In this document: positions 62,661 through 64,000 of the stretch, piece by piece
How the letters are laid out: each line of letters opens with the position of its first letter
How positions within the stretch are numbered: the stretch's first letter is position 1
Assembly: GCF_030686945.1 (NCBI RefSeq)
Contig: NW_027122708.1
Location: 5,610,248 to 5,674,247, forward strand
Source: Centruroides vittatus
Lineage: Eukaryota
Direction of reading: 5' to 3'
Length of the DNA stretch: 64,000 bases
The notes under the pieces: model-generated
Told to the model about the DNA's origin: nothing
Seen by the model: only the letters and a program-made list of their open reading frames with translations
Databases searched by the model: none
Translations under genes and position numbers: made by a program

Positions 62661-63224
62661 TACTTCGACTTCCTTCTGCAACAGTCTCCTTCCGATCAGA
62701 AAGCGTTATGGTGGCATTCGAGTAGGAAAATTGTATAATACAAAGTTACAAAGAGCATAAATATGTTTTAAGTGGTTTTCGAGGGTGCCGAGCTTAAATA
62801 TATGATCCGTTTTTCGCGAAATTTGATTGGTTGGCAGATTACCATTTGATATTCGGCTGCGAATGGTACAGTTTCTTAGAGTTATCATTAGGAAAAAATA
62901 AATCAAAAATTTTTTTAAGATATATTTTCAATTGGAGTCAACTTGACCAATGAGATTGTACCATTTTGTACCGCCGAGTAGCGCGATAAACGTGACAATG
63001 GTAGGCTAAAATAACCAAACTCTTTATATAGTTTTCGTTTCAATGTTTGTTATATTATAGTGTTTGATTTATATAACTACAAAGATTTTCTTATGTAAGG
63101 GTTATTTATCGTCTACAAAAATTTTTTTAAATGTGTTAGATTGATCACTCGGTGCGATAAACCTTTGTAAATATAAATTAAATGCTATGATATAATATAA
63201 TAGAAGGATTAGAAGTACGAAATA

Positions 63225-63335
63225 ATCTAATAATCTTAACCTTTGTTGTTATTTTTTGCCCAGGCAACGCCGGGCTCATCTAGTCTTATATAATTTCACC
63301 CGTTAGCCTTGTTAACGATTAAAGCTAGGCGTACG
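63225..63335 (+). repeat. Family-E tail fragment.
   Basis: taataatcttaacctttgttgttattttttgcccaggcaacgccgggctcatctagtcttatataat is homologous to 60738-60800. Confidence 0.4.
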
Positions 63336-64000
63336 CATACTATCGTTAATACGCAGACGTGTATTTTGTATTTAATCGTCTTTGGAATTAGCGAAACAAT
63401 AGATTTTTGCGAAAAATGTCCAAAATAATTAAATGCAAAACAGATTTCTTCCATAACATATTAACAAATTTGTATAAAATACAAAGATAGTTCAAACACT
63501 GCAAAACTGGAATAAAGTATGTCATAAAAACGAAAACCTCTGAACCTCACAAGTGAAATTTCAGCATAGTTTAATGCAGAAAAAAACAAACGCTTTCGAT
63601 CTACATAAGAGATCTTCTTGAGGTTAATATGTTCCAAAATGGAATGCGAGGAAAGGAATATTTTAACATCATTTGAAAACTCTTAAATACATAAACATTG
63701 CATAAGTGTATATAAAATGATACAAAATAACAGAAATTCTGTAATACATAATAAAATGTAAGTACAAACGAGAATTTATAAAAACTTTTTAAGTAATTTT
63801 TTTATATCGACTGTTCTTGTTGGTATAAAGATTGCCAGGCATAAGATAATCGTTTTTCATCCCTAAAATTGGTGCAACAGCCCTTCTTTTCAGATTTGAA
63901 TATCTCGAGAGTTTCTAGTGTCCTGATTTAGATCGTTGTATAATGAAAGCTTTGTCTAGATAGGTTTGAACGTCGTTGTCTGTGGCGTACCTGGCTAGGA

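Noticed and set aside
1-64000. Prokaryotic-style features (operons, CRISPR arrays, RBS-led genes, rRNA operons).
   Set aside because: The sequence is eukaryotic in every respect. It has splice sites, SINEs with TSDs, microsatellites, a 30% GC intergenic background, and a GPCR and a cystine-knot hormone-antagonist gene. No direct-repeat/spacer arrays or dense ORF packing are present.

Overview
The window is AT-rich (roughly 30% GC), gene-poor, intron-containing metazoan nuclear DNA, most likely from an invertebrate; I cannot name the species from sequence alone. Coding calls rest on protein motifs recognised from memory; repeat and palindrome calls were read directly off the DNA. No searches were run, and feature boundaries are approximate.

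Three host loci are supported:
- **SOSTDC1/sclerostin-like gene, minus strand, ~5.5-6.0 kb.** The terminal exon is clear, and a candidate 84-nt internal exon lies upstream of it.
- **Muscarinic-acetylcholine-type class-A GPCR, 53.5-55.4 kb.** It has DRY, WxPY and NPxxY motifs and a long third intracellular loop. A probable 3' splice acceptor sits at 53547-53549, and a phase-compatible candidate 5' coding exon lies at 42.97 kb.
- **Arg/Glu-rich repeat ORF, minus strand, 58.4-59.6 kb.** It is built on a 30-bp coding minisatellite.

The rest is mostly interspersed repeats:
- An orphan L1-type (Transposase_22-like) ORF1 gene at 36729-37769. Its N-terminus carries a 2A-like ribosome-skipping motif followed by an AT-hook. 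It has a GC-rich, palindrome-rich 5' region and no ORF2.
- At least two tRNA-derived SINE families. One copy has perfect 12-bp target-site duplications.
- An inverted pair of one element separated by about 380 bp.
- A MITE-like foldback, composite repeats with strong hairpins, and many microsatellites.

A short palindromic motif, TAGGCCTA (often TATAGGCCTATA), is dispersed at least 9 times through the window. No rRNA gene, bona fide tRNA gene, CRISPR array or prokaryote-type operon is visible.
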